Of a stretch of 60,334 bases of DNA, positions 43,023 through 57,048 are shown piece by piece. Below the pieces are notes generated by a model. It did no database searches, was not told the origin of the DNA, and saw only the letters and a program-made list of their open reading frames with translations. The position numbers and the translations under genes are program-made. Each line of letters starts with the position of its first letter. Position 1 is the first letter of the stretch. Source of the DNA: Parasitella parasitica NRRL 2501 (taxonomy: Eukaryota; Fungi; Mucoromycota); NCBI GenBank assembly GCA_025201805.1, contig MU619401.1, positions 1 to 60,334 on the forward strand. The letters run 5' to 3'.

Positions 43023-44388
43023 ACACGAGATGTTTGTATTATATAGCTTTTTTTTTTTTTTTATTTTTTATAAATATTTGCGGGAGACCTGGGCCATTGT
43101 GTCATTTTACATGACAAATCTTAAAAAAAGAACCAGGCATTTGAGCATCGGTATTTCCACCCCCCATTCATCCAATCATTTCATCTGGGCAGGAACCATT
43201 TATCCATCAAGAGCCAATTAAACGAACTGTTCTAGCGTAAATTACCATCAGCGTATTGTATTTGTCATAATCATGCAAAACCAGCAAGTGATCCAGGAAC
43301 GCTCGAATCTATAATTTACTTTTGAAGCTTTGCTCCGATGACGCAATTAATAAAAACATCATGAATTGTTGGCAACAACATGACATCCAGGTTTCTTTCT
43401 ATTCTAAACAGCATCTAGTCAATAGTCCCAGTGTACTTGCTAATACAAAAAGAATGTGAGTTACTTTGCAGATAAAAAGTCTGTCTATTGACATGTATAC
43501 CACTAGAAAATTACAACAACTCTCATCGAAGCAGCCTACTGCCAAAGACTGCCAAAGAGAGCAATGTGCATATTTTTCCTTTTTTCAATGCAATAACGCT
43601 AGAATAAATCCTTTTTGATACATTTCATCTATACATGTGGACAGTGAAATCCGTTGATAAGCGAGTTTATCTAGAATCTCCTTTCATCTATAAGCATCCA
43701 ATTAATATCAAGTCATGTTATGTTCGCATAAACCCACCATTACTGCGCTTGTTTGTTTGTTTGTGTGTGTGTGTGTGTGTGTTTTTTTTTTTATCAATTC
43801 TGGCAAGGAAAAATAGATGTCCAAGGGTAAAACGTATGACCCATCAATAAATGTAATAGGACGGCATTTAATCAAAGCGAATTGTAAAGGAATTGTATAC
43901 ATGGCAGAGCTACAATGGCACAAACTGAATTGAATTTTTGTTTTAGGATTGCGTACCAAATGACACAAATCATCAGAGTACCATACCATCATTTTTGGCG
44001 CAACTAAACTCAATCTATGTGCAGTGTTCTTCTGTTTAGAAATATCAAAAGATATATAGCCTTAGGGTACAATGTGCTCATTGACAACTTAACTAGGTGA
44101 TAGCAAATCTTGTTTTTTCATTGACATTTTTTGAATAAAACTAATAATCTCATACGAAATATCTCCCAAACGAATTTCTTAGAGCAGCGCCTTTGACTAG
44201 TTTTGTTTCGAGAGTAACTGGTGATAACACGCTATAGTGATTTTAGTTTAAAGCTGCATTATAGGTTAAATAAAACGGTTATGCCATTATTCTAGTATAT
44301 ATACACATATTTATGGATGAGTTCTGTACGCGTTATTTCAATCGAATATACACAGACACATGCACACACACACAAGCATAAAAAAAGG

Positions 44389-45808
44389 CTAATGAGAAAA
44401 CGTTAGCAATTGCAGTGGATTGGATCTACTATTCACATTGCAACTGCTTGTTGCTCTAGGAAAGCAATATACAGGAGGACGGGGCTCTTCACTATAAGCT
44501 GGTAGTTGCTCTTGCAAACTGAGAGGTCGAATGAATTTAGGTTTTGTTGACAGAGTTGTGTCTAAAGTGACGGAAGGATCGCGATAGTTGACCAGAGTCG
44601 AAGGCACTTGTTCCCCTGGAGCCACAGTTCCGAAACGCAGCGGAATACTAAACAACTGACGTTTCGTCCAAATGAGGCCGTGGCGAACTCTTGCAGTGAT
44701 GTGCAGCGTGTATTCTATCTTGACATGCTTTGAGAGATTTGCTGTGGTTGTCATTCCAAGTACGCTAAAGTTCTTCAGAATGGTCGGGTTGTTGTTTTTG
44801 CTGATTTCAATCGGCAGCGGTATGTTGATGTAAAAAGTGCGGGCGCCATGATGATTGCCCACGCCGAATTTAGATTGCTCAGTGTGGGCCATTACCATAG
44901 TATCTGATCGATGGTATGAGCCATGCGTGACGTTCACTTCTCGCTTGACGAATGCTTCAATGTGATTGATGTTATTGTCCTGGAATGGCTTGTCTTTCAA
45001 GAGATTGTCAATAGACAATTGAATTTTCATAGTTTCTGTGCGACTATCTAGAATATTGTAATCACAGCCTTTGACAAGCGTAACAACTACGTTACGTGTA
45101 CTGTCTAGGCGAATTTTTTCTTGGTATATACTTGGACGTTTGGCAGATTTTAACTCAATAAAGGGTTCGTAGCGGATTCGGCAGGGAACAGTTTGGAACG
45201 GTCGAAGCGCAGGACGTTCTAAAGACGCTAGTAATTCGAATTCACACGAAGCGAGATGGTGCCTGAACGTTGGTGGGTAATTTATCATGGGGATTTCACA
45301 CACGAATGGAAACAAATGCTCGCCAGATTCCAAAAGAGGCCACAACCGACCTTGACAAGAGGACTTTCCCCAAAGCACTGTTCTTATAGCAAACAAGCAT
45401 TCACCTCGTTTTCTATGCGCATTCCCAATGGCATCAGAATGGATACGCTCTACGAAAATATTGAACCATGTTTAGTAGGCTTTGTGCTTCAATTGAAAGA
45501 CTGTGTGGCTATTATGTACCTGCTCCTTTAAAAACGAGTTTAAGATGCTGGGCAGCAAGAGGAGCATCCAATTTAAGCTTCACGACACCTTCAAAGATAG
45601 ACCCTGGATGGCATGTCTTCTTTTGAGTGTCTCCATCGATTCGAAGAATAGAAATGGAAAAGTTGTTTGGAGGGTTTCTGAACTTTCTATTGCCAGAGTC
45701 GACATACCTGTAGTCAGCATGATCAGGAGAAAATAAGCGACCTTGTTCCAAGTCAAGAGCGGGAGTAGTTAATAAATCATGCAATGAGGAAATTGTTTCT
45801 GTTGTCAT
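44389..45808 (-). CDS. Alpha-arrestin-domain protein; 2 exons
   Basis: PGSIFEGVVKLKL..L.LVFKGAE, GEHLFPFVCEIP..PPTF, IEYTLHI, IPLRFGT and C-terminal PY motifs LPAY and PPVY. Confidence 0.8.
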
Positions 45809-45889
45809 TTGAGGTTGTTATATCACAGGTATCGAAGCGACAAAAAGTATTGTACTGATATAGCAAAAGAATATATTTTTATAAATATG

Positions 45890-45892
<3 letters not shown>

Positions 45893-45930
<38 letters not shown>
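45893..45930. repeat. (AG)n microsatellite upstream of the arrestin gene
   Basis: Direct reading. Confidence 0.9.
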
Positions 45931-45932
<2 letters not shown>

Positions 45933-46101
45933 ATTTAAAAAACCAGATGATGGAGATGAGATGACACTAAATGAGTAAAAAAGATGGAGCGGTTGAATGT
46001 GAAGCCGAAATGAAAGCGTTGCCCTTTCGCAACTGTTTGAAACCCGAATAATCTATAATAGCCGTTTCATTTGATAGCCAACAAAAATATAGCAATTTAT
46101 T

Positions 46102-47338
46102 TTACACTGAAGATACATCATAAGATGGTATTACTTTAAACGGATGAGGGATCAAGGCGCTTGATATATCATCGCCCCACCATGTATCGGTGCATTGTCT
46201 ATACCATTCGACTGATTGTATGTTAATTAGTCACATCCCCCCCCTTTTTTTTTTTTTTTTTTGCATCTACAATAAAAAATACTCACTTGTCTTAAGCAGG
46301 CCTTCGTCAAATTTGACTTTGGGTGACCATCCCAATTTCTCAATTTTCGAGCAATCAATGGCATAACGCTTGTCGTTATGAGCTCTATCTCGAACAAACT
46401 CAATATGGTCCATGACTTGCTCCTCTGTATATCCAAAGAGTAGAATCAAACGTCTTGCCATTTCTAGGTTGGTAATTTCCAAAGGAGATCCAATATTGTA
46501 AGTTTCACCAACCAGGCCTTTGTGGAATATAATGTCAATTGCATTAACGACATCAGCAGCGTACAGATACTTTCTAGAATTCTGCCCGTCTCCATGGATA
46601 TAGCATTTTTTTCCTCGAAGCAAGCTGCAAACGAATTTCGATGTGATCTTTTCCGGAAACTGATATGGGCCGTACACATTGTTAGATCGTGTTATCATGA
46701 TGGGCAATCCAAACGACATGTGGTAGGCTTTTACAAGACATTCGGCCGCTGCTTTTGTTGCAGAGTACGGGTTGGTAGGCTGTAGTATCGTATCTTCGGG
46801 GCAATCGGGTCCGTTGACGATCTCACCATAAACTTCGTCTGTGCTGACATGCACAAATCTCATAATCTTTCTGCTTTTGGCTGCTTCCAGTAAAACATGA
46901 GTGCCCATAACGTTATTTCTGCATGTATAAGCTTGAGCCTTCCATATCCCATCAGCACACAAGTCCTCCAAAACTTACTTTGTGAATTCAAACGAGTCCC
47001 CAAACGAGTTATCGACATGAGTCTGTGCAGCCAAATGGAATATAACATCGATCTTTTTCTCTTTCAGAAAGAAGGTTATGAAATCAACGCATGTAATGTC
47101 TCCCTATTGCTTGCTGCTTAGTTGCAAAGTTACACTTATCAAGCCTAGCTATCTGCTTTACCCTGACAAACGTATAATTGGGGAATTCCTTTACTGCTTT
47201 CAAATTATGTAGTGATCCACAGTAATCCAGCTTGTCGATAACATAGATGTGGTATTCTGGATACAAAACAACTAGCTTTCTAACAAGAAATGAACCGCTA
47301 GACAAGGGAAAAAAAAAAGTTAGGCCTCCAGCTCACAA

Positions 47339-47369
<31 letters not shown>

Positions 47370-47560
47370 AATATATGTATATGTATATATAGACACTATC
47401 CCTGCCAATCTTACATGAAGCCTGCTCCACCAGTGACCAAAATATTCTTTGCTTCTTTCAAATCATCAGGCAGCTCAGGAACTCTTTGGCCAATATCAAC
47501 CAAGTCAAATTCGGACAAAGTCTTGACGAGCTCAGCATGTTTCTCCAAGTTTGTTTGCAT
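46102..47560 (-). CDS. dTDP/UDP-glucose 4,6-dehydratase (TGDS/RmlB-like extended SDR), multi-exon
   Basis: ILVTGGAGF, DKLDYC, HLAAQTHVDNSFG, HVSTDEVYG, PTNPYSATKA, NNVYGPYQFPEK and DRAHNDKRY. Confidence 0.93.
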
Positions 47561-47606
47561 TGTATTTTTAGAAGGGGACATGTCTATGTTTTTTTCTTTG
47601 TTTTTC

Positions 47607-47637
<31 letters not shown>

Positions 47638-47821
47638 TGTAGAAAGAAAGAAGAGAAACAATTTTTTTGTACGAGCTTTTTATATCTGCCGCAATAAAGT
47701 AGAGCTTCTTCAACGGAGGACGCTGACTGGTTGTATCATTAGCTTTTTTGTTTGGAAAACGGGATATTTACAGACACATTTTAATTCCCAGTTTCCCTTG
47801 CTTACTTAAGCAATGTTTTAT

Positions 47822-49360
47822 TTACTCTTTGGGAAGAAACGAAGCAGGAATACGTGTTGCAATTTTAGAGTAGTCTCGGACATGCTTGTAACCATCGTTA
47901 CCGTGCCAGAAAAGAACCCAATTGGAGTTGGGTAACCGTAGATACCCATTAGATCGTTCAAAGTACCTATCAATGCCAGACAAGTTTTACTCGACGTTAC
48001 ATTTTGCCCTACTCATCCTTTGTCATACCATTTATTCACTCCGTTGTCTTTTCGACTTCTCCACAGCAATTCAGGGTATCCATCACACATCCGCTTCCAA
48101 AGAATGTCTGTTAAACCAATTCCCTGGCTGGAGGGCGCAATGGCAAATTTATCCAGGTAAGCATGCTGGGTAGTACTATTGCTGGCTGTTTCATGAGTCA
48201 TGATCACTGCTCCTTCGTAATCGCCGGCTATGATGGCCCCCGCCAGGACATGCTCTAATCTCCCGTAAAATGCATCTGTGTTGACCTTCTTTTGAAAGCT
48301 GGCCTCCAGGAGTTCTGTGAGGCGGTTCAGGTTGAGGTCACTGACATGGGAATAGTTGTTGATCCTGATGCCATGTCGAAGGACGGTCGTCTTGGCCTGG
48401 TTAATGCGGGTATGATGAGTGACGGGTAACGACGAAGAATAGAGGGGTTTGTCTGTTACTAGGTTTGTAATGAGTGCTGAAGGCAGAGAGGCTGTGGGTG
48501 CGATGATGGCAGAAGAGGATGTCGGCAGCTGGTCCAAACAGTCTCGAACCATGGCCAAGTCTTCCATAGTGCTGGGATATCGGCTCTTCCACTGGGTATT
48601 CCTCGAAAACGCCGATTCGATATCGCTGAATTCCTCTTGCACATTGACAAGGCTATGCGCTGTTCCTGGCAGATTATGATTGGGGATCCCACCTTCCTTG
48701 TTGATAATGACAATTTTTGAGGGCACAAGCTTAGGATCCAATGCCTGCGTCTTGAGCCTTCGAGTCAGTGCAACCACCGCCTCGCTTGCATTGACAGGCA
48801 CTAGCTGGCCATCATGCTCAGTAAGTATCGGCACCACAACAGGAATCTGGCCGTTGTTTAGTGCAGACAGGATAAAATCGAAATTGACGTCGATTGACGT
48901 ACCCGAGTTTGCCGACCTCTCGAATGCCGAGTTGTATACAAGGCGTGCTCGGCCGCCCGCCTGCTCGATCGTTTCTACTAACGTCATGCTCTCGCTAAAC
49001 ATTCGCTTTGTTAGTTCGCTGGGCGACGATTTATCAGTTCTCCAGCTTGGATTGTCCGAGACAACTATAGAAGACAGACCCAATTTCTGCAATTTGTAGA
49101 GTGTGTTTCCAACTTTTTGCCAATCACTCTTGTCGAATGGGCCCTCGACCTTTGTGAGAGCCAATTGATGGTAGGTAGGTGCTAGCAACTCCTTGACGTA
49201 TTCCTTTGGCGATTTTACCCCTGGAGCTCCTTGGGCTGGTTCGAATCCAGAGAGCAATGTCGGTTTCTGTGTCCTGACCTGAGGCCCAAAACGCTTTAAA
49301 AAGTGCTGCAATTCTCTTTTGCTCGGCCCTGTGTCCATAAGATTGACCAGCAATTCCTAG
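47822..49360 (-). CDS. ARG2: Amino-acid N-acetyltransferase (N-acetylglutamate synthase); 5' end lies in the gap
   Basis: PSKRE..FLKRF, LITNLVTDKP.YSSSL, YLDKFAI, LWRSRKDNGVNKWYFERS and W.LFW (NAT/DUF619 domain). Confidence 0.9.
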
Positions 49361-49634
49361 TCATTACCAATATGAGTAAAAAGAGACTACATGGTACAAA
49401 TATGNNNNNNNNNNNNNNNNNNNNNNNNNNNNNNNNNNNNNNNNNNNNNNNNNNNNNNNNNNNNNNNNNNNNNNNNNNNNNNNNNNNNNNNNNNNNNNNN
49501 NNNNNNNNNNNNNNNNNNNNNNNNNNNNNNNNNNNNNNNNNNNNNNNNNNNNNNNNNNNNNNNNNNNNNNNNNNNNNNNNNNNNNNNNNNNNNNNNNNNN
49601 NNNNNNNNNNNNNNNNNNNNNNNNNNNNNNNNNN

Positions 49635-49673
<39 letters not shown>

Positions 49674-49796
49674 GAAAAATGATGAGTCAAAATATCAAAA
49701 TGTGTCACAGGTGAACAGTGGTGTGGGGAAGCCAAAAGTTTATTAGTGTAGATTTTTAAGAGTCAAGGTCAAGCGATCAGTTGCTATGGGAATGGG

Positions 49797-52362
49797 CTAC
49801 ATGCAGTGGCAGTTACTCTTTCTCTTGCTGAAATCTGGATGTTTCTTGCCCCTCGGCTGAGGTATAGGTGTGATGCATTTGTTGATGACTTCATGCTGCT
49901 GCTTCGTAATCGAGTTGTTCGTTTGTAATAATCTAGATCGTGCGCCCGAATCGCCTTGTTCTGCTGCCATTCTATAGTATTTTTCTGCTCTGCCAAAGTC
50001 TCTCGGGCTACCAAACCCTCGCTCGTAAAACCATCTATTCCGCTTCTGTTAGCGCTGTGTCCGTGTATATTAATGCTGTACTCACCCTAATAATGCCAGC
50101 GCATCAACAAGTCCGGTTTTGGCTGCCTTTTCGCACCATTGAAACGACAAGTCTTCGTTGACAGGAGTCGCCGCCAGCCAACCAGACACATCGTTCTCTA
50201 ATCTAAACGCTTCGTTGTTGTCCCCAGGGCCATGATTTCCTCGGTTGTTGAGGCGACAAAGGCCCAACATGGCCTTGGAATTACCATTGAGAGCACCAGC
50301 CTCATAATGAAAAAAGGCTCTTGCAAAATTCATCGACTCGCCATACAGCCCGTGTTCGTAAATGGAACCTAGCTTGCTCTGTGCCTTGTCATTGTTCAAG
50401 CTAGCAGCCCTTTCGTAGTATAAAATACCGGCAGCTTTTCCTCCATATATCTCGCTCAGAGCACTATGTTATATTGAGAGTTAAACTGCTGATTGCTAAT
50501 GACGAGATGTATATATATAAAAATCTACCTTGGTACATCCACTTGACCTTGCTCGTCATTTGTCAGCATAAGTCCAAATGTAAATAACGGTTCGTTGAAC
50601 TCTTCAGTACACAGTTTGCATGCGTCGTACATGAGCTTCAAGCCTTTTTCCAGGCTCTGTCTAATTTGCAGCTGTCCTTTGAGTGTAACTAATGCCATTT
50701 TCTAAGTAAAAAAAAAAAAAGCATAAAATGTCAATTCGCCGCCTCAAGCTGCTATTTGTAAGTAATACTTGCATAGATGGCATTCACATATCCCTGTTCA
50801 GCTGCTGATCTGTAGTATTTGACAATGACACCAGGCTCTACTTTTCCCTCCCCCTCGAGATATTCTGCGAGTGCAAATACAGACTCGGGTATATTCTCCT
50901 TTGCAGCTATATTGTGCAACTGTATTGATTTCGCTTTGTTCTGTTTGAAGCCATACATTTCGTTGTCCATCCAATGCGCCTGCATATAGCAGGCTTCGGC
51001 TACGTTCTGTTTAACCAACTTTTTAATCATGTTGACGCCCTCATCTTCTAATGCTTTGCGTTTTTGGATCCGTGTTCGATCCATGGCAGCATTGTCTGAT
51101 TTGTGTCGCTCATTGTGCTGGTGCTGCTGCTGCTGCTTGATTAGCAGTGTAGTTGCAATGGTGGACGGCCGATCCATGTAGGAAGAGCGCAAAGAATTGG
51201 CTGCATCGAACGAAATGGGTTTGTTTCTACTGCTGGAGGTGACGCTGTTGTTGGATGGCGATGGAGTTGACCCTTCCTCGTCTACCGAGTAGCTGGGGGC
51301 CACTAGAAAGGGCTCGGGTCGTTGCACCTTTTTTGTGGTTGTTCCAAGGCCCCACATGCTGCCTACAATAGCTTTTGTGTTTGTCAAGGTGTTTGGGTAG
51401 AATGCGTTGGCAGTTTCCAGCAGATACTTTGCAAACATCAACTGCACTGTTGGGTCGTTGGTCTTTTCGGCCATTTCCCTGTATAGTTTGATGGCGTTTG
51501 GATCGTTCGTAAGGTGGTACGACACTTTGGCGTACTTGGAGGTGTTGTTGGTGGCATATTCAGTGGCTAGTTGAGTCGATGTCTTTGGCGACATGGGCAG
51601 ACTAGTCTCTGAGTAGGTGTCGATGAGTGACGTTGAGTAGGGGATATTGACATCTGGCTGTTTGTCCTGGAAAGACGGCACCATACGTATCGGCTGCTAT
51701 CATGGTATCATACTACGTTAGTCGTCTAAAACAAACGCCATGCTTGTTTTTTAACTTGCCTCTGTACGGCTGGTGTCGTTTTTAGGTAATTCCCGCATGT
51801 TTACTGCTGCTGCCCCTGCTGCTGCAAGTGTTTTAGACTCACGATGTGGCTCGTTGGGATTGCTGTAAATTGCGGTTATTTTTAGGTTTGCCTCGTTTTT
51901 GTGCAGTGGTAAAGTAGGAGCTCTATTTCTCAGATCCACAACAGCCTGATGTTGGTGCCAATGTGTTTTGTTTGTAGCTATCACAGCTGTGGGGTTGTCG
52001 TTTGCAACAGTGACATTGCTTACGGTTGTACAATCGTCGCTATCCAGATCAGGATTAGTTATTCGCAATGTCAAGCCTTGCTGGGGCAATGTAGCTCGAC
52101 GGACTCCCTCATCAGAGGAATCAGAATCGTAGCTTGTCATGTCTGGTTTCTGAGGTTTGCTGGAATGAGACATGCGCGGCGTAACAGGCAATGACAGGCT
52201 GTGAGGAGCTGCTTCTGGAGCTGCTTCTGGAGCTGCGTCGTTGGGGTTGGAGTTGGAGTTGGAGTTGGAGCTGGACGTGGTTTTATACATTGTGAAATAT
52301 GGGGTCGCCATGACAGGTCTTTTCGTAGTATCGCCAGTTAAGCTCGTAACCATGTTTGACAT
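49797..52362 (-). CDS. Sel1-repeat protein, chitin synthase activator Chs4/Skt5-like, multi-exon
   Basis: YREMAEKTNDPTVQLMFAKYL, Sel1 repeats (AQSKLGSIYEHG, AMLGLC, ALG-WFYERG), low-complexity N-terminus and terminal CaaX-like CHCM*. Confidence 0.82.
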
Positions 52363-52525
52363 TTTTGATGAAAGAATCGAAAGAAAGGAAGAAAAGAAGA
52401 GAAATAGAAAGAGCAAGAGAAAGAGCAAGAGGGTATATGCATTACATGGTGTTCACATACATATACACAACCATAAGCCAAGTTTATTTTTAACATGTTT
52501 GGGTAAATCCCCCCCCCCTAATTTT

Positions 52526-54314
52526 TCAAGCGTTGGTGGGTGGAAGGTTGGCAAGCAGTCTACTGATAAACTTGTCTGCTTTGCACGCCATGACAATGTC
52601 TTCTTCAATCAGATTGAGCGACAACCTCATACAGATGTCCATCCTGCCGCCTTCCATAACCAGCGCTCTTGTCTGGCCCAGAGACTCACAAACACGCATC
52701 AAATCGCTCGTGTTGGGCGGCTCGACGTTGTGCCATTTGCACGTCTGAATGTGGTAGTGTGCTACATCACCAAATTCTATTTCAGCCAAACCAATTGCAC
52801 GTGAACGCTGCATGCATGCCACCAAAAAGATCTTTTGGTGCAGTGAGCATGAGCGGATGAATGCGACAGACGGTGAAGAGAACATTTCTTTAATGGCTTC
52901 GTCGACTATGGCAATGGTGACGTGCTTGCTGGCTGCTGCCGATCTCTCGCTGGCTCGTAGCTCGACAATCTCCACCGCTCTTCTGCAGATATCCAGCGCA
53001 CGGCGAGCATCGCCACTCACCGCACTCACTTTCCGAGCTGCAAATTCCACTGCCTCCTTGGCAAACGCATCAATGCCTTCGAGACGGGATTGCACAATTT
53101 GGAAGAGCTGGTCATACCTGTATGGCTGGAAATTGATGCGGGTCAGGCCCATGCGGCTCGCAATCTTGTTGCTCATGATACGCTCTGGCAAATCCATTGT
53201 ATTTGCAACAGCAACCACAATCAGCTTGGACAAGGGTCGGCTAGGCCAGTCGAAAAAGTTGTACATGACAGTCTGCTTCTTGGTCACTAACAGATCAAGC
53301 TCGTCCATTAAAACCACACTAGTTTTTCAGCAGTATGAATATTATGAATATATATATATATTCATATATATCAAATAAAAATACTTACGTTGTGCGTTGG
53401 TCATTGCCTTGATTTGAAAATGTGGTTTCCAGCATCTGCAGCGCATGGGCTGAAGTGAATCGTATCCGCTTGCCATCCTGTTGCTTGTTTGACGACCTCT
53501 CTATGCACTCCCACAATATGCTGTACGCTTGGTTTGGATCTGTCAGTTTCATCCCATTGATTTCAACAAAGTCAAACTGAGGAATCTCTTCTTGCTCAGC
53601 TTGGTGTTGCAGGTAGCGGATCACTTCGAGGACCGTGGCAGTTTTCCCAGTACCTGGTACGCCCGATATATAAACGCATGTGCCAGTGGCTTCATGGATA
53701 GCGCTTTGTATGTAGCCCATAATATTTACAAATTCATCCTCTCGACACGGCAGGGAATCAGGCACTGCGGAAACATGCAATCGCTCTCTTGCTAATGCAT
53801 ACGGCGATAGGTTGGATTGATCTCGTTTTTGCACCTGCCGTAAGGGTAACACCGGCATAACATGGTTGACTCGATGGATAGTTCGGCTGCCTGATGTAGC
53901 CGGCTTTTGTCGCTTAAGTGTCGCAGCTGCTGTTCTTTTAGTCAACCCTCCCCCTCCTCCTCCTCCTCGCCCTCTGCTTCTAGGTTTCGCTGTTTTCCTT
54001 GGCCTCGACTTTCTTGTTGTCTTTTGCTCCTGAAATTCCTCGTCTGATTCGTCGTCTATTGATTCCCCTGACGCTGCTGCTGCTGCCTCTTCTTCTTCTT
54101 CTGATCCCTCTGTATCTTCATCTAGTGATTCTGCCTGGAATTCGTCATCTTGGTCATCGTCTTCGGATGTGGACGATGATGACTCTGACGATGGCGGTGT
54201 TGCTTGTCGTGTGGGTTTTTTACCGCGTCGCTTGGCTACATTTGCAGATTGATTATCGGCATTTTTGGTGCTTGCTCTTTGTCTCTTTTTTAACGTTATA
54301 ACCACTCGAGGCAT
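52526..54314 (-). CDS. ORC1: Origin recognition complex subunit 1 (AAA+ and winged helix); start at 54314 or 54344; intron ~53320-53388
   Basis: ARERLHVSAVPDSLPCREDEF, Walker A YISGVPGTGKT, EINGMKLTDP, Walker B LMDELD, NTMDLPER and SGDARRALDICRRA. Confidence 0.95.
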
Positions 54315-54436
54315 TTTAAATCTACTGTTGCTCAAACGGTGCATCTCTATAAAATCTTCTTGTCCATCAATGATGCTAGAGCAGAAAAAGACCGTACCAA
54401 CACGGTCCCAACCCCCCCCCCCCACAAGTCCACGTC

Positions 54437-55724
54437 ATGGAAGGCTCGCTACCTGTATCTCGTATGCAAAATGCGAGCTTCTCTTCGTCTTGAATACAGA
54501 TACATAAAAATAAATAAATAAGGGCACAATGACTGACACAGGAGATTGGTGTTTGATCGAAAGCGATCCTGGTAAGTGAGAAATAGCAAAGCCGTTCACG
54601 CATGTATTTATGAGACGTTTGTTATCTCTCAGGCGTATTCACCGAATTGATATCAAATATGGGGTGCAAAGGCGTGCAGGTGGAAGAAATTTGGAGCTTA
54701 GATCCTGAATTTACAGCCGATTTGGGGTATATAGATAACTGACACGCACCAACATGTTCAGCTTTTGATGCTTTTCTTTCGTTCTGCAGACATGTGCACG
54801 GGCTGATTTTCTTGTTCAAATGGCAAAATAACAAAGGCTACGCCCCTCCCGCTGACGAACATGCTGACCATGTATTCTTTGCAAACCAGGTTATCAACAA
54901 CGCGTGTGCAACACAAGCCATTCTGTCCATTCTGCTCAACAGAGATGATCTTGAACTCGGCGACGAACTGAAGAACTTCAAGGAGTTCACAGCTGATTTT
55001 CCACCCGACGTAAATATAACAGGACAGGCCGCTGGAAAATTATTAACGACACGAGTAGATGAAAGGCCTGGCTATTTCCAACAGTGAATTAATTCGCTCG
55101 GTCCATAACAGCTTTGCTCGCTCAGACCCTTTTGTAAACGAAATGGTCGATCCCTCTGGTGGCAAGGATCAGGATGTTTACCACTTTATTGCATTCACAC
55201 CCATTCACGGCGCGCTCTATGAGTTGGACGGCCTGAGCAAAGGTCCTGTCAATCTCGGGCCCTGCGATGATTCTAATTGGGTCGAAAAAGCAAACCAAGC
55301 CATCCGAAATCGCATGGATAGCTATGGATCATCTGCATTGCATTTTAGTTTGATGGCTTTGATCAAGGATAAAGTAGAGCAAATGGAGGAGATGATAGAA
55401 GAGACTGATGGCATTCTGCTGTCGTTATCTGAGGATCATGTGGAAGCAAGGAATAAGGCAACCCAAGATCGCATCATGTACAATCAAGTGCTACAGCAAG
55501 AACTAGAAAAGAGGAGAAAGTGGCATGTAAGTTGCTTTGGCACATGGATGTAATTCGCTCAAAACTGATTATTTCTCCTTTCATTTTATTAGAGAGAAAA
55601 TGTGCTGAGAAAGCACAACTTTATACCAATCATTTACAATCTATTAAAGAATCTTGCTGAGAAGGATCAGCTTGATCCACTTGTTGCTCAGGCAAAAGAG
55701 AAGGTCAAGAACAGAAGCCAATAA
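54437..55724 (+). CDS. UCHL5: Ubiquitin C-terminal hydrolase UCH37/UCH-L5 (peptidase C12), multi-exon
   Basis: [47 protein letters not shown] and C-terminal [14 protein letters not shown]. Confidence 0.93.
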
Positions 55725-56997
55725 TAATAATGAATAAATAAATAAAAAAGGATCCAGCAGATGTGCTATTAAAAAAAAGTTGAATATCATTTTTTTTTGT
55801 CATCATACACTGAAAATAAAGCGTGGCTCAGGGAGCTTGTCAGTGGTTGTCGTACCTGAATAACCATGGCAACGAAACTAGACCTCAAGCAATAGTATAT
55901 GGCAATAGTATATGGTCAAATGTACATGGTGGAGTAACCAATATAGCTGTCTGTTGGTGGGTAAGGCATACATGCAATTACCATGTTATTTCTTTGTTTG
56001 TGGCTCTCTCCCGCCCCCCGCCCCTTAAAATGACAGAAAGTACAATGCGCTTTGCTGTCTGTGCTACTTACAGATTGACAGCTGCTACTAATGGTGTTTG
56101 CAAATATGAATTGAATGCTCTTTCTCTCTCTCCCATCAATTAAGTTTCTCAGGAATTAAATAGGGGGAAATCGAATCAGGATTTAATAGCTTTACGAGAA
56201 TCTCATACCGTGTATGAGCTGCAAACGGTGCTGCTCATCAGGCTGTAGCTAATTTCAACAGAATTTAATAGCGTTAGCCGCGTTAAAAGCAGATTGGTAT
56301 ATCTTGCAATAATCCAGTGAAATGATTTTACGCCTCAATTCCTCAAAGTGATCGTGTTTAGAGCATAAAATACAATCTTTATTAATATATAAACAATAAA
56401 ATAAAATTACATAACTATGCACTTCTTGGTTCTTATGGTACATGTAGTACCATAATGCTAACACAATCAACCGCGAGAAGGTGAGTGCACATCTGATTGC
56501 GGCCCCCAGAACCCAAAACACCAGCTGCAAAGGGTAATTACTTCCCACATTTACCGACATGGAGGACCAAACGCGCTATCTAGCTAACGTTAGGAGTGGA
56601 ACAAGTTGAATTGTTCTTTTTAGTAAACCCTAACTAGTACTAATGCTGCCCGCCTACTTAAGTGCATTTACTAACATCAGCTCCAATCTGCGAGCCATAT
56701 GTCTTTAGGGATAAGCCTACCTTCATTTCCCTGTAGTTTTTTCCGGCTGGCAGACAGAACACGAGCGGTAGATCTTTCCCTAAACCCTATAATGTTCGAA
56801 AAATGTGAGCATAAAGTTACTCGGATGGTAGGGCAGAGCCTTTCACCCGATGTTTGTGTTGGACAAACACTGCTTCACATTATTTCAAGGGTTAGCTTTA
56901 CAAGGGAGCCGACTCCGAGTAACCAGGTTGGATCTGTACACATGCATAGCCGGTCCTTTAGTCACGTTCTTGTAGATGTTTTCAGGTGTTGGTAAAG

Positions 56998-57048
56998 AAG
57001 AAAAAGAAAAAGAAAAAGAAAAAGAAAAAGAAAAAGAAAAAGAAAAAG
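56998..57048. repeat. (GAAAAA)n hexamer microsatellite
   Basis: About 8 tandem copies. Confidence 0.9.
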
